64,000 nt of DNA from Candidatus Binatia bacterium (lineage in GTDB: Bacteria > Desulfobacterota > Binatia > UBA9968). The notes below the pieces were generated by a model. That model made no database searches. It was not told the origin of the DNA and saw only the letters and a program-made list of their open reading frames with translations. The stretch lies in assembly GCA_036000865.1 (NCBI GenBank), contig DASYUV010000252.1:623-64622 (forward strand), read 5' to 3'. A program made the position numbers and the translations under genes. Position 1 is the stretch's first letter; the number at the start of each line of letters is the position of its first letter. This document shows, piece after piece, positions 46,007-54,125 of this stretch.

Positions 46007-47479
46007 CTACGGCACAAACCGCAAGGGTAGTCCTTTTGCAGCGAAGGACTTTTTGTATAGCTCACGAATCGTTCGGTGGGAACGATCCGGCTTGTTTTTG
46101 ATGCGACCGTAGAGGCGGTACATTGTTTTGCTGATCGGTTCCACCCTCCGGATCAGGGCGTCCTCGTCAACATTGGTGAGACGGCCGCCCTCCAGTACCA
46201 CCTTGCCGTCTACCAGAACCGTGTCCACCGACTGACCTCCTTCACAGAAGACCAGTTGGTGGACGATATCCCTTAGCGGACGAAGTTGAAGGCTGGGTTT
46301 TAATAAAAGAAGGTCAGCACGGTAACCAGGTTTGATCTTGCCTATTTTGCCGCGCCACGCGGGAATAGCTTGGGCCCCGTTGACGGTTCCCATCCTGAGG
46401 GCATCCAACGCGGTAATCCAGGTTTCGGGATCTTCCGCAGCGATCCGTGATAGAAAAGCAGCCAATCGCATTTGCTCGAAGATCGAATAGCTATCGCTCG
46501 TGTCGCCACCGTCGGTGCCGAGAGCCACATTGACCCCGCGGGCTTTCAATTTGGCAACGGGCGCAACGCCGCTTCCGAGTTTGAGATTACTGGCCGGGTT
46601 ATGAACGACGCTCGCTCCGGATGATGCTAAAAGATCCATTTCTCTCTCGTCCAGCCAAATGCTATGCGCCGTTGAAACCCGCGGTGAGAGAAATCCAATA
46701 TCCGCAAGGTGAGCGCATAGAGTTTTTTTATAAATCTTGTGGGCCGCCCATGCTTGCAGTCTCGTCTCCAAAAGGTGCGTGTGAATCCCCAGGTCAAATT
46801 GCTCAGCAACTTTGACGACTTCTCGGAGCAGCTCGTCGCTGCAGTTCATCGGCGAAGAAGGCCCAAGCATGATGCCAGAGGGAGTAGGGGAGCGACGAAG
46901 ACGCGCGAGAACCGTGAGCACTTCCTCTTTCCAAGGCTCCGGCGAAGCCTTCTGAGCCGCCTTTTTGCCGTTCTGTTGCGTTGCCAAGCGAATAAAATCT
47001 TGATCGCGCAGCGAAGGAACCAGCATTCCCCGGATGCCGGTTTTTTCGAACGCGCCAAGAATAGCTTCCATTTTGCCTACGCTGAGCCCGGGCCGCGTGG
47101 AGAAATGATCTACAACGGCCGTCACTCCGTTCTTAAGCATTTCGGAACAAGCCAGCTCCGCTGCGGTTCCAATCTCCTCGGCCTTCAAATGCGCGAGGTC
47201 TTCCGTCGTAGCCCTATAGCCGCGCCAGATTTCCATCCGCACGTTATCGCGAAAGCTTTTTTGGAGAATCTCCGTCAGGTGAGAGTGAGCGTTAACCAGG
47301 CCCGGCATGACAATCATTTCCGAGCAGTCAATTCGCCTTGTGATTGGAAGCCCTCTTGTGTGAATCTTCCTTCCCACCTGAGCGATGGTGCCCTCGTGAA
47401 TGAGAATCTGCTGCGCTTCGAGAATGGGCTTCGAGGCGTTTAGAGTGACAAGGGATGCATTTTCCAACAGGATCGCCAT
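46007..47479 (-). CDS. TRZ/ATZ-family amidohydrolase, second copy
   Basis: PGLVNAHSHL, GIHTHLLE and LGTDGG motifs. The ATG at 47479 (MAILLENASLVT) is preferred over the GTG at 47521. Confidence 0.75.
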   Translation of the reverse strand: MAILLENASLVTLNASKPILEAQQILIHEGTIAQVGRKIHTRGLPITRRIDCSEMIVMPGLVNAHSHLTEILQKSFRDNVRMEIWRGYRATTEDLAHLKAEEIGTAAELACSEMLKNGVTAVVDHFSTRPGLSVGKMEAILGAFEKTGIRGMLVPSLRDQDFIRLATQQNGKKAAQKASPEPWKEEVLTVLARLRRSPTPSGIMLGPSSPMNCSDELLREVVKVAEQFDLGIHTHLLETRLQAWAAHKIYKKTLCAHLADIGFLSPRVSTAHSIWLDEREMDLLASSGASVVHNPASNLKLGSGVAPVAKLKARGVNVALGTDGGDTSDSYSIFEQMRLAAFLSRIAAEDPETWITALDALRMGTVNGAQAIPAWRGKIGKIKPGYRADLLLLKPSLQLRPLRDIVHQLVFCEGGQSVDTVLVDGKVVLEGGRLTNVDEDALIRRVEPISKTMYRLYGRIKNKPDRSHRTIRELYKKSFAAKGLPLRFVP

Positions 47480-47588
47480 AAGCTTTGTCTTCTCGCGTGG
47501 TGAAATTCTTGTCGAAGGCACCTATTATTCAGGATTAACAGCACTTTCGGAGCGAATACTTTCGGGCGAAGCGGCAGGCCTCTGCGGT

Positions 47589-47617
47589 GTAGGGGCGGGT
47601 TTCAAACCCGCCCCTAC
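47589..47617. repeat. Perfect GC-rich hairpin GTAGGGGCGGG-TTTCAAA-CCCGCCCCTAC (REP-type; possible terminator or mRNA stabiliser)
   Basis: 11-bp perfect stem and 7-nt loop, 47 nt downstream of the SBP-9 stop. There is no flanking U-tract. Confidence 0.65.
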
Positions 47618-47663
47618 AAAGAATGTGGTGTTAAAAAAGGAACACATGGCAAGCACCACCACA

Positions 47664-48680
47664 CTAGCGCGCGTAAAGCGCGTCGATGAATCCGCTCTGA
47701 TCCAGCTCTCTAACAAAGTGCAGATCAACGAGATCTTCCGGTTTGATCGCGCGTGCCTTAGGATCTTTCTCTCCAATGGTTCCTAAAACCGTCTTGAGTC
47801 CCTCGAGCGTCGGATATTGTTTGCGGGGAAGTTGGTTATCCGCAATGTAGCGGTCGTAGGCTCTTTCCATGCTATCTTTGTCGCGCACTTTGCCAAAGTA
47901 TTTTGCCGCTACCTTGAGCCCTGTCTCACGGTCGGTCTTGAGTCGATGGATGGCTTCCACATGGGCCTTCACATATCTCCCCACGGTGTCGGCGTTTTCG
48001 CGGATGAATTTACGCGTCGTGACCGCGCCGGTGTGCTGAAACGCCAAGCCCAGCGAAGCAACGTCGGCGAGCACTGTAAAGCCATTTTTTTGGCCGATGA
48101 AACTGGTGGGCGGATTGAAGACAGCGCCTTCTACGCGCTTTGCCGTCATCGCCAAAAAGCGATCCGTGTTCGTTCCGACCTGAACTATGGTGACTTCCTT
48201 CTCAGGCGTAAGGCCGACTCTCTGAAGCGCAAATCGTGCGACAAAGTCGGAAACCGAGCCGAACCTGCTAATCGCGATCGATCCGCCTTTTAACTGCGCG
48301 GGGGCCTTGATCTCCGGCCGGCCCATTAGCCACCAATCAAGCGTGATGGTCCCTCCTGCGACGAACACCGGATCGCTCCCTGCGAGATAAGCGTTGACCA
48401 CCTCCGGGCCGGCATTTTGGGAAATCGCGGTGTCGCCGGAAACAAGCGCCATGGCCGCTGTCGTTCCTCCGGTGAAATAAACGAGCTGAACATCGAGGCC
48501 ATTTTTTGTGAAGAGTCCTGTGTCCTTTGCAATCCAAGCCGGCAGTTGATCATAACTGATGGCGCTATAGGCGACAGTAATTCGGGTCAGCTTCTCCGCG
48601 GGTTGTACGGCGGGACGCCACGCCAGTATGAAGACAATGGTCGCGAGGATTATGGATGTCAGAGTGCGCACGGTGCCCAT
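47664..48680 (-). CDS. NMT1/SsuA-type solute-binding protein (SBP-9)
   Basis: N-terminal hydrophobic signal or anchor (LTSIILATIVFILAW), the AISRFGSVSDF motif and the C-terminal LDQSGFIDALY tail. Confidence 0.8.
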   Translation of the reverse strand: MGTVRTLTSIILATIVFILAWRPAVQPAEKLTRITVAYSAISYDQLPAWIAKDTGLFTKNGLDVQLVYFTGGTTAAMALVSGDTAISQNAGPEVVNAYLAGSDPVFVAGGTITLDWWLMGRPEIKAPAQLKGGSIAISRFGSVSDFVARFALQRVGLTPEKEVTIVQVGTNTDRFLAMTAKRVEGAVFNPPTSFIGQKNGFTVLADVASLGLAFQHTGAVTTRKFIRENADTVGRYVKAHVEAIHRLKTDRETGLKVAAKYFGKVRDKDSMERAYDRYIADNQLPRKQYPTLEGLKTVLGTIGEKDPKARAIKPEDLVDLHFVRELDQSGFIDALYAR

Positions 48681-48729
48681 GTCGATGCCCTCTCGTCTGT
48701 GAGCCTACCTCCAGCTTACGGCTATCGCA

Positions 48730-50160
48730 TTACAAAAGTATGTGACGCCATTTTTCGGTTACTTTGGCTCGCTCTTCCGGCGTCAGCGCATGGTCCTTTG
48801 AGAAGTCTTTGATCCAGCGAAATGGCCGGCAGGCGTCGATAATGGCGCGCGAGTTGGTGAAATCGCCCTGACTTCTTTGCTCCGGCGGAATCCTGGGATC
48901 GATCGGGCTGCTCCAGCATCCGCGCACGATCTCGATAGATGTTTCCGGGTCGCACCTCGTAGCAATCGCCCACAAAACATCGGCCATGTTGGACGGGTCG
49001 ATGTCGTCGTCAACGACAATCACGAAGCGTCCCAAGTATCCGCCCTCACGGGCACCAAGGGCTACATGAGCCGCCTGGCGCGCGTGGCCGCCGTAGCGTT
49101 GCCGCAGGGAGATGACTTGTAAGAATCTCATGCCGGATTCGAGTTGCCATACGCCCTTGACGTCGGTGACGCCGCACTTTTCCAGTTCGTTCCAGATTTC
49201 GGCGGATCGAAAAAGCAGCGACAGGTAACTGTCGAGCGGATAAATTTTTAGATCTCCAACGACCGTGATGATCGGATCCGTGCGGTAATAAATTCGTTTG
49301 ACGTGAATGACCGGGGCAGGGCGGGTGGCCGAGGCGTAGTAGCCGGTCCATTCACCAAAGGGGCCTTCGGGCCTCGACTCTACATCAGGAGGCGGCATCT
49401 CGCCTTCCAAAACGATTTCCGCGTGCGCCGGAATCGGTAGCCCCGTATGCTCGCCGGTAACAACTTCAAATGGCTTGCCGGCGACATGACCGGCAAAGTC
49501 GTATTCCGACACTCCCCATGGAAGCCCCAGAGATGCCGCGGCAAAAAGGACCGGCTCAATGCCGCACACAACCGCTACAGGGCAGGCCTGTTTTTTCATC
49601 CAATATTGCTCGGCGATTAGCCGTGTTTGTTTGCCGGGAGAGATGTAAATGCTCACAACCGCAGGCTCTTGGAGCTGCACTCTGGCGGTGCCGAGATTGA
49701 CCCAATTTCCTTCCGGATCTTTTGTGATGACCGCATCCTGTGTGCCGATGTATTTTCCGCCGTCGTCCTTGTGGAGCTTGGGTGCGGGAAATTTGAAAAC
49801 GTCGATATCTTGTCCCCGGAGGACGTGTTCCGTGATCGGCCCCGAAGTAACTAGTTTGGGCGGAACGGGCTCATGGTCTTCCATCCGTTTGCGAATCGCG
49901 TCGACCAGGGCAGGTCCTCTCAGAGTAGCGTTAACTCCCAACGACTCGGCGGTCCGGCGTTGAGTTTGAAACATGTTGATCAGAACCCGGTAGCCATCGG
50001 GGTAACCTTTAATCTTGTCGAACAGTAAGGCCGGCGGCTCCGTTCCCAAACCGGAAACCTCGGCCAAGGCGCCGATGTCAAGATCCGCGTCCGCGCCTTC
50101 GACTATCTTCAATTGGCCGTTGGCCCGCCAATCCTCTATCAATCCTCGCAAGTCGCGCAT
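48730..50160 (-). CDS. UbiD-family decarboxylase (UbiD-3)
   Basis: EGPFGEWTGYYAS motif. It is a paralogue of UbiD-1. Confidence 0.8.
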   Translation of the reverse strand: MRDLRGLIEDWRANGQLKIVEGADADLDIGALAEVSGLGTEPPALLFDKIKGYPDGYRVLINMFQTQRRTAESLGVNATLRGPALVDAIRKRMEDHEPVPPKLVTSGPITEHVLRGQDIDVFKFPAPKLHKDDGGKYIGTQDAVITKDPEGNWVNLGTARVQLQEPAVVSIYISPGKQTRLIAEQYWMKKQACPVAVVCGIEPVLFAAASLGLPWGVSEYDFAGHVAGKPFEVVTGEHTGLPIPAHAEIVLEGEMPPPDVESRPEGPFGEWTGYYASATRPAPVIHVKRIYYRTDPIITVVGDLKIYPLDSYLSLLFRSAEIWNELEKCGVTDVKGVWQLESGMRFLQVISLRQRYGGHARQAAHVALGAREGGYLGRFVIVVDDDIDPSNMADVLWAIATRCDPETSIEIVRGCWSSPIDPRIPPEQRSQGDFTNSRAIIDACRPFRWIKDFSKDHALTPEERAKVTEKWRHILL

Positions 50161-50191
50161 GGTTTAGCTCCTTATTAGGTATTTACTACTC

Positions 50192-50270
50192 CTGTCATTT
50201 CGAGCCCTTCGGCAAGGCTCAGGACAGGCGCGAGAAATCCAAGATCCCTCGCTTTCACTCCGGATGACAG
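50192..50270. repeat. REP/MITE-like element (CTGTCATTTCGAG...CGCGAGAAATC...CGGATGACAG)
   Basis: Terminal inverted repeats CTGTCAT.../...ATGACAG. The internal CCCTTCGGCAAGGCTCAGGACAGG segment resembles widespread small palindromic elements of environmental genomes. Confidence 0.6.
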
Positions 50271-50318
50271 CCAATGTACAGCCGTTGCAACATAGTATCT
50301 TGGGAGAGAAGTCTAGCC

Positions 50319-50663
50319 TTACGTCCCCAGTTGTTTGTTCGCATCGACGCTGACAAAAATTTTCCCGTCTTCTTCCGTGACGGTGTAGCGCTCTATCTTA
50401 TAGCCCGTGCAGTTCAATCCTTCTCCGGTTTCGAGATCGAAAGTGAAGGCGTGCTGGCCACATCGGATCATCTTGTTCCAGACGTTGCCTTTTTCCAAAG
50501 GCGCTCCTTCATGGGGGCATCGCCTTTGAATGGCGTAGAGGTTGCCGGAGCAGCGCAAAACCAAAACCTCTTTGCCATCGGGCAGCTTGGTGATGAAGAA
50601 GCCCTCTTCCTCGAGGGCGGAAAGTTGTCCGACAAAAATGGCTTCCACTAGTCGCTCCGCCAA
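50319..50663 (-). CDS. Rieske [2Fe-2S] ferredoxin-like protein
   Basis: 114 aa with the CPH-x16-CGQH Rieske motif. Confidence 0.8.
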   Translation of the reverse strand: MAERLVEAIFVGQLSALEEEGFFITKLPDGKEVLVLRCSGNLYAIQRRCPHEGAPLEKGNVWNKMIRCGQHAFTFDLETGEGLNCTGYKIERYTVTEEDGKIFVSVDANKQLGT

Positions 50664-50735
50664 AACACTTAATGCAGATTCTTTTGCGCGTTTTCGATTT
50701 CCTAGTGGAAGCTAAACTTTCTGTCAAGGCGGCGG

Positions 50736-51728
50736 CTACCGGTATAGCTTCTGAACCAAGCCGCTTGCTTCCAACTCTTTCAGAAGGCGGATATCGGCAA
50801 ACATTTCCGGCTTGAGGCCTTTGACTTTGGGATCTTTCTTGGCGATTTCGTTGAGCACATTCTGAATGCCCTTCATATCCGGATAGGGGACTCTGGGAAT
50901 TATATCTTGGTAATGGCGATAGGTTTCGTCGATGAGAGTTGCATCCCCGAGCCGGGCGAAGGCGTCAAGCGACTTCATGCTGGCTTCTTTTTGCGTCTTG
51001 AAAAAGTGGATTCCCTCGACCATCGCTTTCATGATGCGGCGGGTTAGCTCCTCGTTTTTCGATACATTGGAAGCGGTGCTGACAATGCACGTATTCGGAT
51101 AGGCAAGATTAAGTTGCTCGGGAGTGGCGATTTCGTTGAATCCTGACTTGCGGGCAACGATATCGGCAGGGGGTCCGACAATCGTTCCGTGCACGGTGCC
51201 GCTCTTAAGAGCGGTGAGGCGTGCCGGTTGACTGCCGATCTGGAGAATTGCCACGTCTCGATCGGGAACAAGCCCCCATTTATCGAGGGCATAACGAACG
51301 ACAAAATCGGTTGAAGAGCCGAAGCGGCTTACGCCCAATTTTTTTCCTTTCAGGTCCTGGGGCTTCTTAACCTCCGGCGCAGTGATGATACTGAAATCGA
51401 TAAGATTGATCAGACCTCCCAGTATCACCGTATCGGCGCCCTGCAAGCGGGCCAGTATCGAAGGTTCACCGCTCACCACCGCAATGGGCAGATCACCTGC
51501 AATGAGGGCTTGAATAATTCCGCTTCCGCCGGCGATAAGTACAAGGCTGACATCGAGGCCGTTTTTCGAGAAAATGCCAGCATCCCCAATGACCCGAAGA
51601 ATTGCCTGGGAACCCGAGATGGAGGAATATCCGAGATTGATACGGATTGGTTTTTCCTGGGTTGCGCCGGGGAGAGGAAATAAAAAAGCGACCCATAGGG
51701 CAATTATTGCGGAGGTGAGATATCTCAT
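50736..51728 (-). CDS. NMT1/SsuA-type solute-binding protein (SBP-10)
   Basis: ATG at 51728 after GGAGG. Signal peptide MRYLTSAIIALWVAFLFPLPGAT/QE, the GVSRFGSSTDF motif and the LEASGLVQKLY tail. Confidence 0.8.
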   Translation of the reverse strand: MRYLTSAIIALWVAFLFPLPGATQEKPIRINLGYSSISGSQAILRVIGDAGIFSKNGLDVSLVLIAGGSGIIQALIAGDLPIAVVSGEPSILARLQGADTVILGGLINLIDFSIITAPEVKKPQDLKGKKLGVSRFGSSTDFVVRYALDKWGLVPDRDVAILQIGSQPARLTALKSGTVHGTIVGPPADIVARKSGFNEIATPEQLNLAYPNTCIVSTASNVSKNEELTRRIMKAMVEGIHFFKTQKEASMKSLDAFARLGDATLIDETYRHYQDIIPRVPYPDMKGIQNVLNEIAKKDPKVKGLKPEMFADIRLLKELEASGLVQKLYR

Positions 51729-51896
51729 ACGACCTCCAGTCCGTCGGCTCAATAAGCTGCAGCGCTTCGTGCCCTGATTCTCCAGATGTATATCACTGCT
51801 TCCTCCACTCATGTCAATTTTTGAAGGTCCGGAGGATCCCTGGCCGCGGTTTCTAGGTCTGAGCGAAATCCAGGTAAAGTGATGCAGCAGAGTGCC

Positions 51897-51925
51897 TTGA
51901 CATCGGTGCTAGCTTTTTTTATACG
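51897..51925 (+). promoter_or_regulatory. Candidate sigma70-type promoter for alpha-5/beta-5
   Basis: TTGACA-N17-TATACG ending 19 nt before the GTG start at 51944. This is a pattern match only. Confidence 0.35.
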
Positions 51926-51943
51926 CAGTTCATTGGTGCAACG

Positions 51944-52450
51944 GTGGAAGCGGAGCTTGCAGCGAGAATTGTCGGCGCGTTGAAAGAGGCGGGGATCAGT
52001 TTTGTTTCGTATCTGCCAGAAACAAGACTTAGCCAAATCATGCCATCGCTGCGCGAAGACCCGTCTTTCATGCTGGTCCCTGTTGCCAATGAATCGGAGG
52101 GGGTTTCGATAGCCGCAGGCGCCTCATTAGGCGGAAGGCCGGCTGCGGTGTATATGGAGGGCAGCGGTGTTTACATTTCGTCCTACAACCTCCTGGTGCT
52201 TGGCAAGCGGCTCGGCGTTCCCATGCTGCTGCTCGTCGCATATTACGGCAGCATCCTGGATCAGCGAAACAGTTTTCTCTACGCTTTTCCCGGCATTCAC
52301 CTAGTTCCAATCCTCCAATCACTCGATATCCAGTATGAAGTTTTCCAAAACGGGGACTTTTTGGAGGACAAGATTAAAGGGGCCGTGAAGATGATGCACG
52401 CCATCAAGCAGCCGGTGGCCCTCCTCTTTACAGGAGCATTCACGGCATGA
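51944..52450 (+). CDS. Split ThDP decarboxylase alpha subunit (alpha-5, most divergent)
   Basis: 168 aa with a VANESEGVSIAAG motif at the catalytic-Glu position. GTG start. Confidence 0.7.
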   Translation: MEAELAARIVGALKEAGISFVSYLPETRLSQIMPSLREDPSFMLVPVANESEGVSIAAGASLGGRPAAVYMEGSGVYISSYNLLVLGKRLGVPMLLLVAYYGSILDQRNSFLYAFPGIHLVPILQSLDIQYEVFQNGDFLEDKIKGAVKMMHAIKQPVALLFTGAFTA

Positions 52451-53046
52451 ATCGTTACGACTGTTTTGAGTTTCTGGCACCGCTGATCAAGGACCAGCTT
52501 GTGATTGGCTCTCTCAGCGGGCAACGGGTCGAGTGGGGTCACCTTTGCCGGCACGAAGGTAACTTGTTAGTGGCCTCCATGGGAGCCGCTTTGGGGGTCG
52601 GCGTAGGCCTCGCGTTGGTCCTGCCCCATCGGAAAGTTATTGTTTTGGAATCTGATGGGAGCCTCCTGCTTTCGCTCTACAATCTTCCGACTTTAGGTAA
52701 TTTGAGCCTTTCCAACCTTGCAGTTTTCGTATTCGACAACGAGGTGTACAGCGGGACGCGGATCAGCGAGCCGAGCGCAACTGCCGGAAAAACTGATTTA
52801 GCTGGCGTGGCTCGGAGTTGCGGTATCGAACGAGCGATGACGGTGCGCGAGATCGATTCTTTTAAGCGTGAATCGAAAAAAGCTCTAGACGAAAATGTGC
52901 TTCGTTTTCTTGTGTGTAAAGTAGATCCGACAACCGGGCATCGCCAAATCGAGCGACCAAACGAAGATCTATGGGAGCATAAATATCGTTTTGTGAGATA
53001 TCTAGAAAGAACCGAAGGCAAAGAAATTTTCAAAGGTCGTGGCTAA
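52447..53046 (+). CDS. Split ThDP decarboxylase beta subunit (beta-5)
   Basis: ATGA overlap with alpha-5. It has LESDGS-x24-FDNE and the tail HKYRFVRYLERTEG. Confidence 0.75.
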   Translation: MNRYDCFEFLAPLIKDQLVIGSLSGQRVEWGHLCRHEGNLLVASMGAALGVGVGLALVLPHRKVIVLESDGSLLLSLYNLPTLGNLSLSNLAVFVFDNEVYSGTRISEPSATAGKTDLAGVARSCGIERAMTVREIDSFKRESKKALDENVLRFLVCKVDPTTGHRQIERPNEDLWEHKYRFVRYLERTEGKEIFKGRG

Positions 53047-53069
53047 AGTCGTGGGTGTGACAGACGTAT

Positions 53070-54095
53070 TCAGATTTTCTTTTGAACTACCTTCGGCATC
53101 ACCTTTGTAGCGATGAGGCTGAGTGAATGCCCGCGATTCGGACCGATAATTTCCCAGACAATGGGGAGCTTGAGGCCTGAGCCAAGAAATTGTCTAAGGC
53201 CTTCGACCACTTGATCGGGTGTGCCAGCGATCGTCACTTTGCGCACCAGCGAATCACTGAGTTCCGAAGCCGCTTTCTCCAAGCCGAACCTCTCGACGTT
53301 GTCTTTAACGAGAGCGATCTCCGCTGCACTTACACCCGCTTGGCGGAGCATCTGTGAATGCCTCGTTGGAAGTTTCTGAGCAACGAAGCGCTTGGCCGAG
53401 TCCAAAGCTCTTTTTTCGTCCTCATCGACGCCCACGAGCAGGTATGCTGAGACAGCGAAATTTTCTACCGTTCTTCCGGAAAGCCTGAGTCCTTCCTCGA
53501 CGAAGGGCATTGCATATTCAATGAAGCCAGGCGTGCAGGGATAGTTGAAGAGAACCCCGTCCGCATGCTGACCGGCCAGTCTAAGCATAGCCGGTCCAGT
53601 TGCGCCGACATAGATGAGTAAATCTCTGGGCGGGTCGAGTTCTAGCTGACTACCTGGCGAGGGAATTCTAAACTTAGCGCCTTCGTATTGGACCAATTGC
53701 CCGCTCAATAGTCCTTTTAGTAGGTCAATCGCTTCCTTCACCACTTGCGTCGCGCCTGCGCGCTCGAACCCGTGCTTCCGCAGCGCATTTTTAACTGTAC
53801 CTACCCCCAGGATCACCCTGCCACGCGCTACTTCATCAAGTGAAGCCGCGTCCATGGCTAGTAGCGCGGGGTGTTTTGTGTGAGGACTGAGGATGCCTAA
53901 ACCTATCCGTATCCTGCTGGTTGAGAGCGCGATGACGGTAGCCCTGACAACTGCGCTTCTAGAGTGGTACCCCTCTGAGAGCCAGAAACTGTGGAAGCCC
54001 AAACCCTCAGCCTCCTTAGCCAGCGCTAAAGTCTCGCTCATCGATGTTGTGCCGTCGATCCCAACGCCTAGATTTTCGAAACCTTTGACAATCAT
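53070..54095 (-). CDS. LLM-class (luciferase-like) flavin/F420-dependent oxidoreductase
   Basis: 341 aa. The GFHSFWLSEGY...RIGLGILSP...ILGVG pattern is typical of luciferase-like monooxygenase/F420 reductases. Confidence 0.75.
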   Translation of the reverse strand: MIVKGFENLGVGIDGTTSMSETLALAKEAEGLGFHSFWLSEGYHSRSAVVRATVIALSTSRIRIGLGILSPHTKHPALLAMDAASLDEVARGRVILGVGTVKNALRKHGFERAGATQVVKEAIDLLKGLLSGQLVQYEGAKFRIPSPGSQLELDPPRDLLIYVGATGPAMLRLAGQHADGVLFNYPCTPGFIEYAMPFVEEGLRLSGRTVENFAVSAYLLVGVDEDEKRALDSAKRFVAQKLPTRHSQMLRQAGVSAAEIALVKDNVERFGLEKAASELSDSLVRKVTIAGTPDQVVEGLRQFLGSGLKLPIVWEIIGPNRGHSLSLIATKVMPKVVQKKI

Positions 54096-54125
54096 CTCAA
54101 AGTAAATCCACGGTACCCAAATCGA

